From: a virus
Length of the DNA: 44,951 nucleotides
Reading direction: 5' to 3' (one strand)
UHGV virus genome: UHGV-0212259
Under the pieces are notes generated by a model. That model was not told where the DNA came from. It searched no databases and saw only the letters and a program-made list of their open reading frames with translations. Shown piece after piece: positions 15,787-23,242 of the stretch. A program made the translations under genes and the position numbers. Numbering within the stretch: position 1 is the first letter of the stretch; the number at the start of each line of letters is the position of its first letter.

Positions 15787-16005
15787 TTATTTAAAGTAGA
15801 TAGCGAATTTCTTGTAACCCGCAGGCTCATTACGAAGCCCCTTACCGATAGCGAAACGTTGTACGTTAATAAAATCATTTTCATCCATTCCGTCGGTGTC
15901 GAACGTAAAGAAGTTGCGCTTGTTCCCGATAATTACGCGCTCTGAAATATCGATGCCGTAAACTTCTCTTATTGCGGAAACCACGCTTGCGGTCGCTTTG
16001 TTCAT
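15787..16005 (-). CDS. Hypothetical protein, first gene of the minus-strand early operon
   Basis: 72 aa ORF about 35 nt downstream of the predicted transcription start of the promoter at 16037..16068. Confidence 0.35.
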   Translation of the reverse strand: MNKATASVVSAIREVYGIDISERVIIGNKRNFFTFDTDGMDENDFINVQRFAIGKGLRNEPAGYKKFAIYFK

Positions 16006-16036
16006 TGCTAAATTCCTTATGTCTCGTTTCGATAAG

Positions 16037-16068
16037 TGAATAGTAACCTATTATGTTGGGGTGTGCAA
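16037..16068 (-). promoter_or_regulatory. Promoter with overlapping operator (type A, minus strand)
   Basis: Minus-strand TTGCAC-ACCCCAA-CATAAT-AGGTTACTATTCA, near-identical to the plus-strand 23-nt core. Confidence 0.5.
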
Positions 16069-16518
16069 GAGATTCATTGAAAATGGTTACGTTGCCGTTG
16101 TGATTCTTCAGGTAGGGTTGTGCCTTTATTCTTATTACTTAGTAACTAAAGGGCAGGCCTTAAGCCTGCCCAATAATCGTTACATTTTTACGGTTGCGAA
16201 TCTACGGCACATTAAGAAAATCAGATACTTAAGAGATATGCCGCCGATGAGAATAGAGCTTGCCCAGGGTAACCGGAGATACTTAGGGAGGAAGTTACGA
16301 TAATTCTTATGTTCAGTAAACTTTCGCTTAACACTTTGCTTGCGCTGCGCGCAGCTGCGTTTTAAGCGGTTTTACAAGGTGAACAGGAATCAAAGTAACT
16401 AAGATACAGAAGCACCTTAAACGAAGATTTTCATAATGTCAATAGGTGCGATTATGTTTGATTTCCCATTATTCGCAATGTATACTTGGTTTCGTTAACT
16501 GATAATGAGGGTTTGAGA

Positions 16519-16689
16519 ATGACACAGAATGAAGTAGCTGAGCGTATCGGGGTTACTCGCCGCACGCTGAATAACTGGTTAAGGAGCGGGAAGTTCCCGG
16601 ATTGTTGTATCCGCATTATGGGTCGCCGCCAGCCTGGTACGTTCGACCCGGAGAAAGTGGAAGCGTGGATTAAGGAGAACGTGAAATGA
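16519..16689 (+). CDS. Small HTH DNA-binding protein
   Basis: 56 aa from ATG 16519 with GAGGG SD; segment VAERIGVTRRTLNNWLRSGKFP is a classic helix-turn-helix. Confidence 0.5.
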   Translation: MTQNEVAERIGVTRRTLNNWLRSGKFPDCCIRIMGRRQPGTFDPEKVEAWIKENVK

Positions 16690-16919
16690 CCGAGTTCCAG
16701 TCACGTGTATTCACGGCGGTCGTTTCATTAACACGTAAAAAAGGGTCGTGCAGCGTTATCGACTTGCGCCGTAGTTATTTTAAGTACTATAGTTCAGCCA
16801 TTATTGAAGGGTCGTTAAAGGCGCTGGTTAAATATGGTGTCGTGAAAAACGTTGGCGGGAAATATAGTGCCGTTGCTGAAGTTCGCGGAATGGCGGCCAC
16901 TTTAGAAGACCTGGAATAA
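16686..16919 (+). CDS. Hypothetical protein (C-terminal ...LEDLE tail)
   Basis: 77 aa ORF translationally coupled to the upstream HTH gene. Confidence 0.4.
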   Translation: MTEFQSRVFTAVVSLTRKKGSCSVIDLRRSYFKYYSSAIIEGSLKALVKYGVVKNVGGKYSAVAEVRGMAATLEDLE

Positions 16920-16977
16920 AAGAAAGCCCCGACGCGGTGAACGCCGAGGCTAAATTACTTGCTGAAGGAAATACAAC

Positions 16978-19218
16978 ATGTCCGATGTAATTTTATCCTA
17001 CTCGTGGTCTCGTCGCAACGCGCGGGCAGAGAAAAAGGATATAAACGTCAGAACTACACACACGGCAACACTGGACGACCTGAAAGAGTTAATCCAGCCG
17101 CTCGATGCTGTTCGTGATGGGATTAACCCGAAGACCGCGCCCGGTTATATCACTGCCGCGTGTGACTCGACGCACAGCACCGTAAAAGACCCGGAAACAG
17201 GAGACTTTAAGCAGGCGCGTAAAGGCTTTTTCTATCGCTGCGACGCGTCTGTAAGCAAATCGTCGCTGGCGTATCTGGACTTCGACAACGCAACGCCGGA
17301 AGAGTATCAGGAAGCGGTGCGCCTGGTTAAGCGCAGCCGCCGGGCTATGTGTCTCTATACCACGGCATCACATACCGATGAGTCCCCGCGCTTTCGCGTC
17401 GTCATGCCGCTGGGCCACCCTGTTGAAGGCGGCGACATCATCCGCGTTCGCCATGGATTGTTGGAACACTTCTTCAAAGGTATGGGCGCCGACCGCAGCG
17501 GTTTTACCCTGTCCCAGCCGATGTACCTGCCGCCAGTTGGCTCTACCGTTATCTGGTCGCGTCGCAACGACCTGATTGACCCGGACGAGTTACTGGAAGG
17601 CATCCCCGCCGTTGACGTTAGCAGCGCATCTGACTACCAGATACCGGAAGAACTACGCACTGCGTTTACCGACGCGTTTGAAGCCCTGGCGTTCGAGTAC
17701 GGTGGCATCATGACGCCGCGCGGACTAAAAATGCCAGCTACACCGGAACACGCAGAGAACTACAGCGACCCGACGCCGCGCTCGGACGACTTCCTGCTGT
17801 GTTTCCCGCGCGAGGGGTATGAAGCGCCGAACGTAACCATGATTCACGACACTGACATCTCGGCGACAGAAGGCATGTCACCGAAAGAGGTGTGGCAGTA
17901 CGCGTGTTACGCTACCGGGCTGCCATTCAGTGAAGTTGCAGAGGCCATCGGCTGGGGCGCCCGTGAGTCCGTTTCATGCAGCCTCGACGACCTGGAAGAC
18001 GATGAGGACTCAGAGGAGGACGAGTTACCGGAACCGGTAACGGCTGATTTCGTCGTCGAAGGGTACATGCCGTCAGATTGCATATGGGGTATCGTCGGGG
18101 AATCTGGAACGTACAAATCGTTTTATACACTGGGGATGATGTACCTTAGCGCCGCGGGATACCGGTTTGCGGGGGCGGATACCCAGCGTTGTCACCATTT
18201 CTATATCGACGGTGAGGGCGGTGCTGCTACACGTACACGTATCGACGCACTCGCGGCTAAATATGGCGTGGAAGGTAAAGATTATGTACATGTTATTGAC
18301 ATGGGCGAAGTCGGCAAACTGAAAAGCCTGATTAAGCTAATGCGCGAAACTGCTGGCGACGAGCCAATTGGGATGGTCGCGTTCGACACCCTCAACCAGA
18401 CGCTGGCCCTGACGATTGATAAGTTTGACGAGAACAGTTCATCAACGGCAATCGGCATGGGTAAAGTTATCGCCATCCTGAAAGAAGTACGCGACGCGAC
18501 TAAAGCCGCGGTAGGTGTTGTCCATCATACGCCGAAGGGGGGAAAGAAAGCCCGTGGCAGCGGGGCACTGTATGCAGGTGTCGACGTGGAACTGACAATC
18601 GAACGTGCAACCGACCGTCAAATAAATGTATACCACTCTAAATTTAAGCACGGGCCTCAACAGAAAACTGTCGGTATGGTTCTGGAGTCCGTACAGTTCC
18701 GTGAAGCCCCGCCGCCGAAAGAATACCGTGCTGTTGAGTTCCTGGGTAGCACCGAGGAATATGGCACAATCGTAAACCTCGACCTGCCTGAGCCTCACAA
18801 GGCGCTTGTGCTGATGCCGTGGGGCTTCGAACCGTTCAAAACTGACGAGGAGAAAGAGCGGGAAGAAGGCATAACAAAGGAAGGTAAAGAAAACGTAAAG
18901 AATGCCGTAAAACGTGGGAAGGATGGAGGACGTAAGGAATCCATACTCGCCGCGCTGGAAGACCTGCAACAGTCTGACGACACCGGACGAGGTTTTACCC
19001 AACGGCAGATAGTAGCGAACTCGGGCGACCACGCCATCACCAACCACCATCTCGAGAAGATGCTGAAAGACGGGGAGTTGATGCTCGGGTGCGATGTTAA
19101 CGGTGAAGTTATGCCAGGCACATACCGGATACCGGAAAAGATGGGTGACAGATTAAGACCGAAGACAATATACGAACCAAATGAAATGCTGGTGGTTACA
19201 GAGGAGGATTTGGAATAG
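16978..19218 (+). CDS. Primase-polymerase (AEP-type) fused to RecA/DnaB-like helicase
   Basis: 746 aa; N-terminal AEP-like motifs (LAYLDFDN, TASHTDESPRFRV); central Walker A GESGTYKSF and VVHHTPKGG; acidic linker; C-terminal TEEDLE. Confidence 0.7.
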   Translation: MSDVILSYSWSRRNARAEKKDINVRTTHTATLDDLKELIQPLDAVRDGINPKTAPGYITAACDSTHSTVKDPETGDFKQARKGFFYRCDASVSKSSLAYLDFDNATPEEYQEAVRLVKRSRRAMCLYTTASHTDESPRFRVVMPLGHPVEGGDIIRVRHGLLEHFFKGMGADRSGFTLSQPMYLPPVGSTVIWSRRNDLIDPDELLEGIPAVDVSSASDYQIPEELRTAFTDAFEALAFEYGGIMTPRGLKMPATPEHAENYSDPTPRSDDFLLCFPREGYEAPNVTMIHDTDISATEGMSPKEVWQYACYATGLPFSEVAEAIGWGARESVSCSLDDLEDDEDSEEDELPEPVTADFVVEGYMPSDCIWGIVGESGTYKSFYTLGMMYLSAAGYRFAGADTQRCHHFYIDGEGGAATRTRIDALAAKYGVEGKDYVHVIDMGEVGKLKSLIKLMRETAGDEPIGMVAFDTLNQTLALTIDKFDENSSSTAIGMGKVIAILKEVRDATKAAVGVVHHTPKGGKKARGSGALYAGVDVELTIERATDRQINVYHSKFKHGPQQKTVGMVLESVQFREAPPPKEYRAVEFLGSTEEYGTIVNLDLPEPHKALVLMPWGFEPFKTDEEKEREEGITKEGKENVKNAVKRGKDGGRKESILAALEDLQQSDDTGRGFTQRQIVANSGDHAITNHHLEKMLKDGELMLGCDVNGEVMPGTYRIPEKMGDRLRPKTIYEPNEMLVVTEEDLE

Positions 19219-19220
19219 GT

Positions 19221-19250
19221 AAAAAGAAAGGGGCGTTAAGCCCCTTCACC
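19221..19250. terminator. Hairpin terminator shared by converging primase-helicase and repressor genes
   Basis: AAGGGGC-gttaa-GCCCCTT at 19228..19246 with A-run upstream (U-run on minus strand). Confidence 0.5.
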
Positions 19251-19451
19251 GAACGCCAGCCACTTGGCGTCTACTTGCAGCACTTCCGCCAGTTTAAACA
19301 GCGTTGCCGGGCGGACGTCCTGAGTTACCCCGAGTGCGAGCTGGTTAATCGCACCCTGGGAAACGCCGGCCAGGACAGCCAGACGGCGCTGTGAGATGCC
19401 GAGTTCTTTACGGCGTTGTTCTACACGAATGCCTAGTTCAGATGGTTGCAT
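19236..19451 (-). CDS. XRE/Cro-type HTH transcriptional regulator
   Basis: 71 aa; LGISQRRLAVLAGVSQGAINQLALG is a canonical XRE helix-turn-helix; encoded divergently from the operator-bearing promoters at 19472..19544. Confidence 0.7.
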   Translation of the reverse strand: MQPSELGIRVEQRRKELGISQRRLAVLAGVSQGAINQLALGVTQDVRPATLFKLAEVLQVDAKWLAFGEGA

Positions 19452-19471
19452 GTCAATTACTCCTTAGTCAG

Positions 19472-19500
19472 TTGATATGTGAATAGTACCATATTAATTA
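19472..19500 (+). promoter_or_regulatory. Promoter/operator, upstream copy of a tandem pair
   Basis: TTGATA-17-TAATTA with palindrome TGAATAGTACCATATTA in the spacer. Confidence 0.4.
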
Positions 19501-19515
19501 TTTTAGAAAAGCCAA

Positions 19516-19544
19516 TTGACATGTGAATAGTTCGCTATTATAGT
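19516..19544 (+). promoter_or_regulatory. Sigma70 consensus-like promoter with operator in the spacer (type B)
   Basis: TTGACA (19516..19521), 17-nt spacer containing GAATAGTTCGCTATT, TATAGT (19539..19544); about 30 nt upstream of first early plus-strand ORF. Confidence 0.6.
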
Positions 19545-19575
19545 TAGCCCATACCAAATGAGAGGAGAGAAACAA

Positions 19576-19725
19576 ATGATTAACAACCGCAAAGCAAAGA
19601 TTCTGTTAGGACTTGATATAGCATTCGGGGTTAAAGAAACTGCGCGCTATCGCGTGAGCAACAATCGTGTTGGCTTCTTCGACAAAGTAACAGGTCAGTT
19701 AGTTAAAACCGTTAAATATAAATAA
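19576..19725 (+). CDS. Hypothetical small protein (49 aa), first early plus-strand gene
   Basis: ATG preceded by GGAGAGAAACAA, the same 12-nt SD context as the next gene. Confidence 0.35.
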   Translation: MINNRKAKILLGLDIAFGVKETARYRVSNNRVGFFDKVTGQLVKTVKYK

Positions 19726-19740
19726 ACAGGAGAGAAACAA

Positions 19741-20202
19741 ATGTTAGAGAAATTCTTAGTATTACTGGAACGTTTCGTAGTTGCACACGAAATTATTGCA
19801 GCGAACAGCGCGAAACAAGTTGTCGTTGCGGAAACTGCAACAATCGAGCCTACTGTTGCACCAAAAGAAATCCCGGTAGAAGGTGAAGACATCGTCGACA
19901 CTCAACCGGCAGAAGAAGAGAAGCCGAAACGCAAGCAGCGTAAAGCTAAAGTAGAGGAACCAACGCCAGAACCGGAAGAAGTGAAAGAAGAAGTCGATTA
20001 CCAGTCTCTTCGTGACCAGATTCAGGCTATCGACGATGCAATTAACGAAGGTCCGAGCGATGCCGCGTGCGATGATTCCGATGAACTGCTGGAAGAGTTT
20101 ACCGGTAAGAAGATGAAGATTGCTGCGATTAAAGACGAAGACCTGGCTGAATACCTGGAGCGCCTGACGGCAATCAAGAACAAGTATTTCGAAGAAGAAT
20201 AA
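19741..20202 (+). CDS. Highly acidic protein with a short basic patch
   Basis: 153 aa; long D/E-rich stretches (EEEKP...EEPTPEPEEVKEEVD...DDSDELLEEF) and KPKRKQRKAK patch. Confidence 0.45.
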   Translation: MLEKFLVLLERFVVAHEIIAANSAKQVVVAETATIEPTVAPKEIPVEGEDIVDTQPAEEEKPKRKQRKAKVEEPTPEPEEVKEEVDYQSLRDQIQAIDDAINEGPSDAACDDSDELLEEFTGKKMKIAAIKDEDLAEYLERLTAIKNKYFEEE

Positions 20203-20245
20203 CTATCTGGCGGCCTTCGGGCCGCTTTAACTGAGGGTCGGAATT

Positions 20246-20518
20246 ATGATTTACCAACTCTATCGCGCCGTAGACAGGCGGGATAACACAGAGGCGCTAT
20301 GGCTATTGCGTGCGCCGTCCGGTGCGCACCAGATGGAAGAGATGGCGTACTTAGGCAAAGTACCGCGGCCTAAAGATATAGGCCGTCACGTGTCGCAGAT
20401 TAAGCGTACGACTTTCGCCAAGCCAGACTTTTATGTCTTCGAGTCGATGTATGGGTGGGCTATGCACTGCGAACATAAGACTCGGCATTTAATTGACCAG
20501 TGGGAGACAAGGGTATGA
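20246..20518 (+). CDS. Hypothetical protein
   Basis: 90 aa ORF with GAGGG SD. Confidence 0.4.
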   Translation: MIYQLYRAVDRRDNTEALWLLRAPSGAHQMEEMAYLGKVPRPKDIGRHVSQIKRTTFAKPDFYVFESMYGWAMHCEHKTRHLIDQWETRV

Positions 20519-21756
20519 TTTTAAAGGAACGCGGCGGCAATAACGATGTACACGCCTTACTGTCACCGTCGGGTGCTAAGAAGTGGCTAAGCTGCGCGGC
20601 ATCACTGGCCTGTGAAAAAGATATTCCTAACACGTCCGGTAAAGCCGCGGTATTAGGAACAGCTATGCACACCATAGCAGAGATGCACCTTAACCAGTAC
20701 ATCAAAGGCACTGCGTTGCCGTTAGAACGCGAGGTCGGTGCTTACGTGCTGGACGAGGGTAAAGGCCAGATTAAGGCGCTAATCAGTCCGATGAAAGGCG
20801 TGGTACTGATTACGGCGGACATGATTGAGCAGGTGCGCAAGTACACCGACTACTGCAAAGCGATTATCGACGTAGCGACTTACGCCAAGCTGGAAATGCG
20901 CGTCAATCTTACTGAAGTATTGCATCCGGGGTATGAAGGCGTTGAGACGTTCGGAACCGCTGACCTTGTTGCCGTTCAGGAACTGGCTAACACCGACGAG
21001 CGCATGCTAATCATCGGCGACCTGAAAACAGGACGGCATCGTGTCGAAGCGAAAGAAAACAAACAGCTTATGCTATACGCTCTCGGTGTTTATCGCCGCC
21101 TCAAGAGACGATATAACATCACAGTTGTTCGTCTGGTAATCTTCCAGCCGTACGCTGGTGGCGCGTCCGAGTGGGACATCTCGGTCGAAGGTCTGGAACT
21201 GTTTGCTAAGTTCGCACAGAAACGCGCGCTGTTAGCCCTTGATGCTTATTTCCGCGGCAAGAAGAACCTGAAAGCGTCGGACTTCAAACCATCGGTCGAT
21301 GGCTGTCAGTGGTGTCGGTTCTCTGAACAATGTGCCGCGCGTACAAAGACGGTTAATTCTGTACTGGCGGAAGAACTGGAGGACGACTTTGCGCTGGAAC
21401 TTACTCCGGAGCAACTCATCGCTGAGTATGAGAAGTTGCCGTTGTTGCGCCAGCACATCGACAAGGTCGAGAAAGCTATGGCCGCCGCGTTGCATTCTGG
21501 CAAGAAAGTACCGGGGTACAAGCTGGTTGAGGGTCGGCCGGGTAATCGCGCGTGGAAAGACGCAGAGAAAGTGGCCGAGAAATACGGCGGCAAGCTGACC
21601 AAAGAAGTGCTCATGACGCCGACCGAAGCGGTTAAAGTAATACCGGAAGAAGAACTGAAAGACTTCATTACCCGTAAACCAGGCGCGCCATGCGTCGCAA
21701 CGGCGGACGACAAACGTCCTGAGTGGAATCAGGTAACAGAGGAGGATTTGGAATGA
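20515..21756 (+). CDS. PD-(D/E)XK nuclease, Cas4/RecB-like (resembles DUF2800-type phage exonuclease)
   Basis: About 413 aa from ATG 20515; GTADLV...IIGDLKTGRH nuclease core; Cys cluster CQWCRFSEQC; C-terminal TEEDLE. Confidence 0.6.
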   Translation: MILKERGGNNDVHALLSPSGAKKWLSCAASLACEKDIPNTSGKAAVLGTAMHTIAEMHLNQYIKGTALPLEREVGAYVLDEGKGQIKALISPMKGVVLITADMIEQVRKYTDYCKAIIDVATYAKLEMRVNLTEVLHPGYEGVETFGTADLVAVQELANTDERMLIIGDLKTGRHRVEAKENKQLMLYALGVYRRLKRRYNITVVRLVIFQPYAGGASEWDISVEGLELFAKFAQKRALLALDAYFRGKKNLKASDFKPSVDGCQWCRFSEQCAARTKTVNSVLAEELEDDFALELTPEQLIAEYEKLPLLRQHIDKVEKAMAAALHSGKKVPGYKLVEGRPGNRAWKDAEKVAEKYGGKLTKEVLMTPTEAVKVIPEEELKDFITRKPGAPCVATADDKRPEWNQVTEEDLE

Positions 21757-22004
21757 TTCGTAAAATGTTCAGAGTAATTGGCGGTTTTGTGGCGTGTATT
21801 ATTTTCTGGGTTCTTATGTCGCCGCTAATGATACCAACATTTATCATAGCGTGCCTTACGATATGCCTAATGCGAACACGCGACATCGAAGCCATCCTGA
21901 ATGACAAATCGTGGAAGACACAGGCGTTACGTTTCATAAACAACATGAAATGGCCAAACAAGTATATTGAGATAGTTGAGAAAATAACTGGCTGGAAGGG
22001 TTGA
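21753..22004 (+). CDS. Small membrane protein (2 TM)
   Basis: 83 aa from ATG 21753 (ATGA overlap with upstream stop; GAGGAGGA SD); hydrophobic segments VIGGFVACIIFWVLM and IPTFIIACLTICLM. Confidence 0.45.
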   Translation: MIRKMFRVIGGFVACIIFWVLMSPLMIPTFIIACLTICLMRTRDIEAILNDKSWKTQALRFINNMKWPNKYIEIVEKITGWKG

Positions 22005-22029
22005 CACCTGAATAGTTAGCTATTATATT
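22001..22029 (+). promoter_or_regulatory. Sigma70-like promoter with operator in spacer (type B) upstream of SSB-like gene
   Basis: TTGACA (22001..22006), 17-nt spacer containing TGAATAGTTAGCTAT, TATATT (22024..22029). Confidence 0.55.
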
Positions 22030-22087
22030 TCTAATCACTGGCCGGGCAGCTCCCGGAGTAAACGAAACTGAAAAGCGAGAAATTAAG

Positions 22088-22714
22088 ATGGGACTGAAAT
22101 TAAATCTGCGTAAAGTAAACACTGCATGGGTTAACGTATTTGAACGCGAAAAAGACCGTGAAAACGATGATGGCTCAATCACCAAAGGCCAGTACAGTGC
22201 AACCATTATCCTGCCGTCGGACCATGCTCAAATCGATGCGCTCTACGATACCGTTTACGCTGTAGTCGAAGAAGCATTAGGCGCAGCCGCCACAGAGAAA
22301 TGGATGAAGTCCAACTACGGCGAAGGTAAGCACATGGATAAATGCGCGATTAAAGATATTGCAGAGCGCGACAATCCGTTTGAAGACTTCCCGGAAGGCT
22401 TCTACTTCAAAGCGAAGGCGCAGAAACAGCCGCTTATTGTAACCTCTAAAAAAGGCGAGACTCAGGTAGAGCAGGACTTCAATGTAGACGGCGAACAGAT
22501 TGAAGGTGAACAGGTTTACAGCGGCTGCGTTGCTAATGTAAGCGTTGAAATCTGGTTCAGCCAGAAATATAAAGTTCTCGGCGTTAACCTGCTGGCGATT
22601 AAATACGTCGGCGAAGGTAAAGCGTTCGGCGGTTCTAAAGTCGCTGCAAGCGTCGATGACCTGGAAGATGATGAAGAAGATGAAGCACCGCGCCGCGAAC
22701 GTCGTCGCCGCTAA
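22088..22714 (+). CDS. ssDNA-binding protein-like (resembles DUF2815-type phage SSB)
   Basis: 208 aa; acidic C-terminal tail DDLEDDEEDEAPRRERRRR; sits between Cas4-like nuclease and DNA polymerase. Confidence 0.5.
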   Translation: MGLKLNLRKVNTAWVNVFEREKDRENDDGSITKGQYSATIILPSDHAQIDALYDTVYAVVEEALGAAATEKWMKSNYGEGKHMDKCAIKDIAERDNPFEDFPEGFYFKAKAQKQPLIVTSKKGETQVEQDFNVDGEQIEGEQVYSGCVANVSVEIWFSQKYKVLGVNLLAIKYVGEGKAFGGSKVAASVDDLEDDEEDEAPRRERRRR

Positions 22715-22732
22715 TATCTGAATCAATTTAAC

Positions 22733-22757
22733 TAAGGCCCTTCATTGGGCCTTTTTA
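22733..22757 (+). terminator. Rho-independent terminator after SSB-like gene
   Basis: Hairpin AAGGCCC-ttcattg-GGCCTT followed by TTTTT. Confidence 0.55.
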
Positions 22758-22768
22758 CCGGAGTCAGA

Positions 22769-23242
22769 ATGGAACATATAAAAGATTTTCTAAGCTACGA
22801 CCGAGAGACAGGGGTATTCACGTGGGTACAGCCTACTTACCGTCGAGGGCGACCGGGAGACATCGCGGGGTGCATCAATAGTAGTGGATACTGGCGAATT
22901 CCGTACATGGGTCGATATTACATGGCGCACAGGCTAGCGTGGTTTTTCGAGTATGGTGAATGGCCCGAAGGCCCTCTTGACCATATAAACCGTGACAGGT
23001 TAGACAATAGGATTTCTAACCTAAGGAAAGCAACAACCGCTGATAATGTGCGAAACGCTAAAAATAAGGGAGCTAGAACAGGAGTTAAGGGAGTAGTTAA
23101 AAACGGCAACCGATTTTACGGGCGTGTGCATTTTAACTACAAAAGCTATAACGCCGGTAGCTACGGAACTCTTGAAGAAGCAGAAAGCGCTGTAAAGAAA
23201 TTAAGAGAAAAACTGCACAAGGAATTTTATTGCCATGACTAG
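22769..23242 (+). CDS. HNH homing endonuclease with AP2-like domain (copy 1)
   Basis: HRLAW...DHINRDRLDNRISNLR HNH core; paralogous to 26331..26828; free-standing, overlaps DNA polymerase start. Confidence 0.65.
   Translation: MEHIKDFLSYDRETGVFTWVQPTYRRGRPGDIAGCINSSGYWRIPYMGRYYMAHRLAWFFEYGEWPEGPLDHINRDRLDNRISNLRKATTADNVRNAKNKGARTGVKGVVKNGNRFYGRVHFNYKSYNAGSYGTLEEAESAVKKLREKLHKEFYCHD

Noticed and set aside
16061-16303. Plus-strand 80-aa ORF in the divergent intergenic region
   Set aside because: No SD; overlaps the minus-strand promoter/operator; more likely noncoding regulatory DNA.
18442-19121. Minus-strand ORFs (202 aa, 108 aa) inside the primase-helicase gene
   Set aside because: Antisense to a gene with clear Walker A and AEP motifs; no independent start signals.
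19236-19451. XRE repressor taken as evidence of a temperate lifestyle
   Set aside because: No integrase, excisionase-integrase pair, partition or immunity-region architecture is visible in about 45 kb; the regulator more likely controls early/accessory transcription in a virulent phage. Lifestyle left undetermined.
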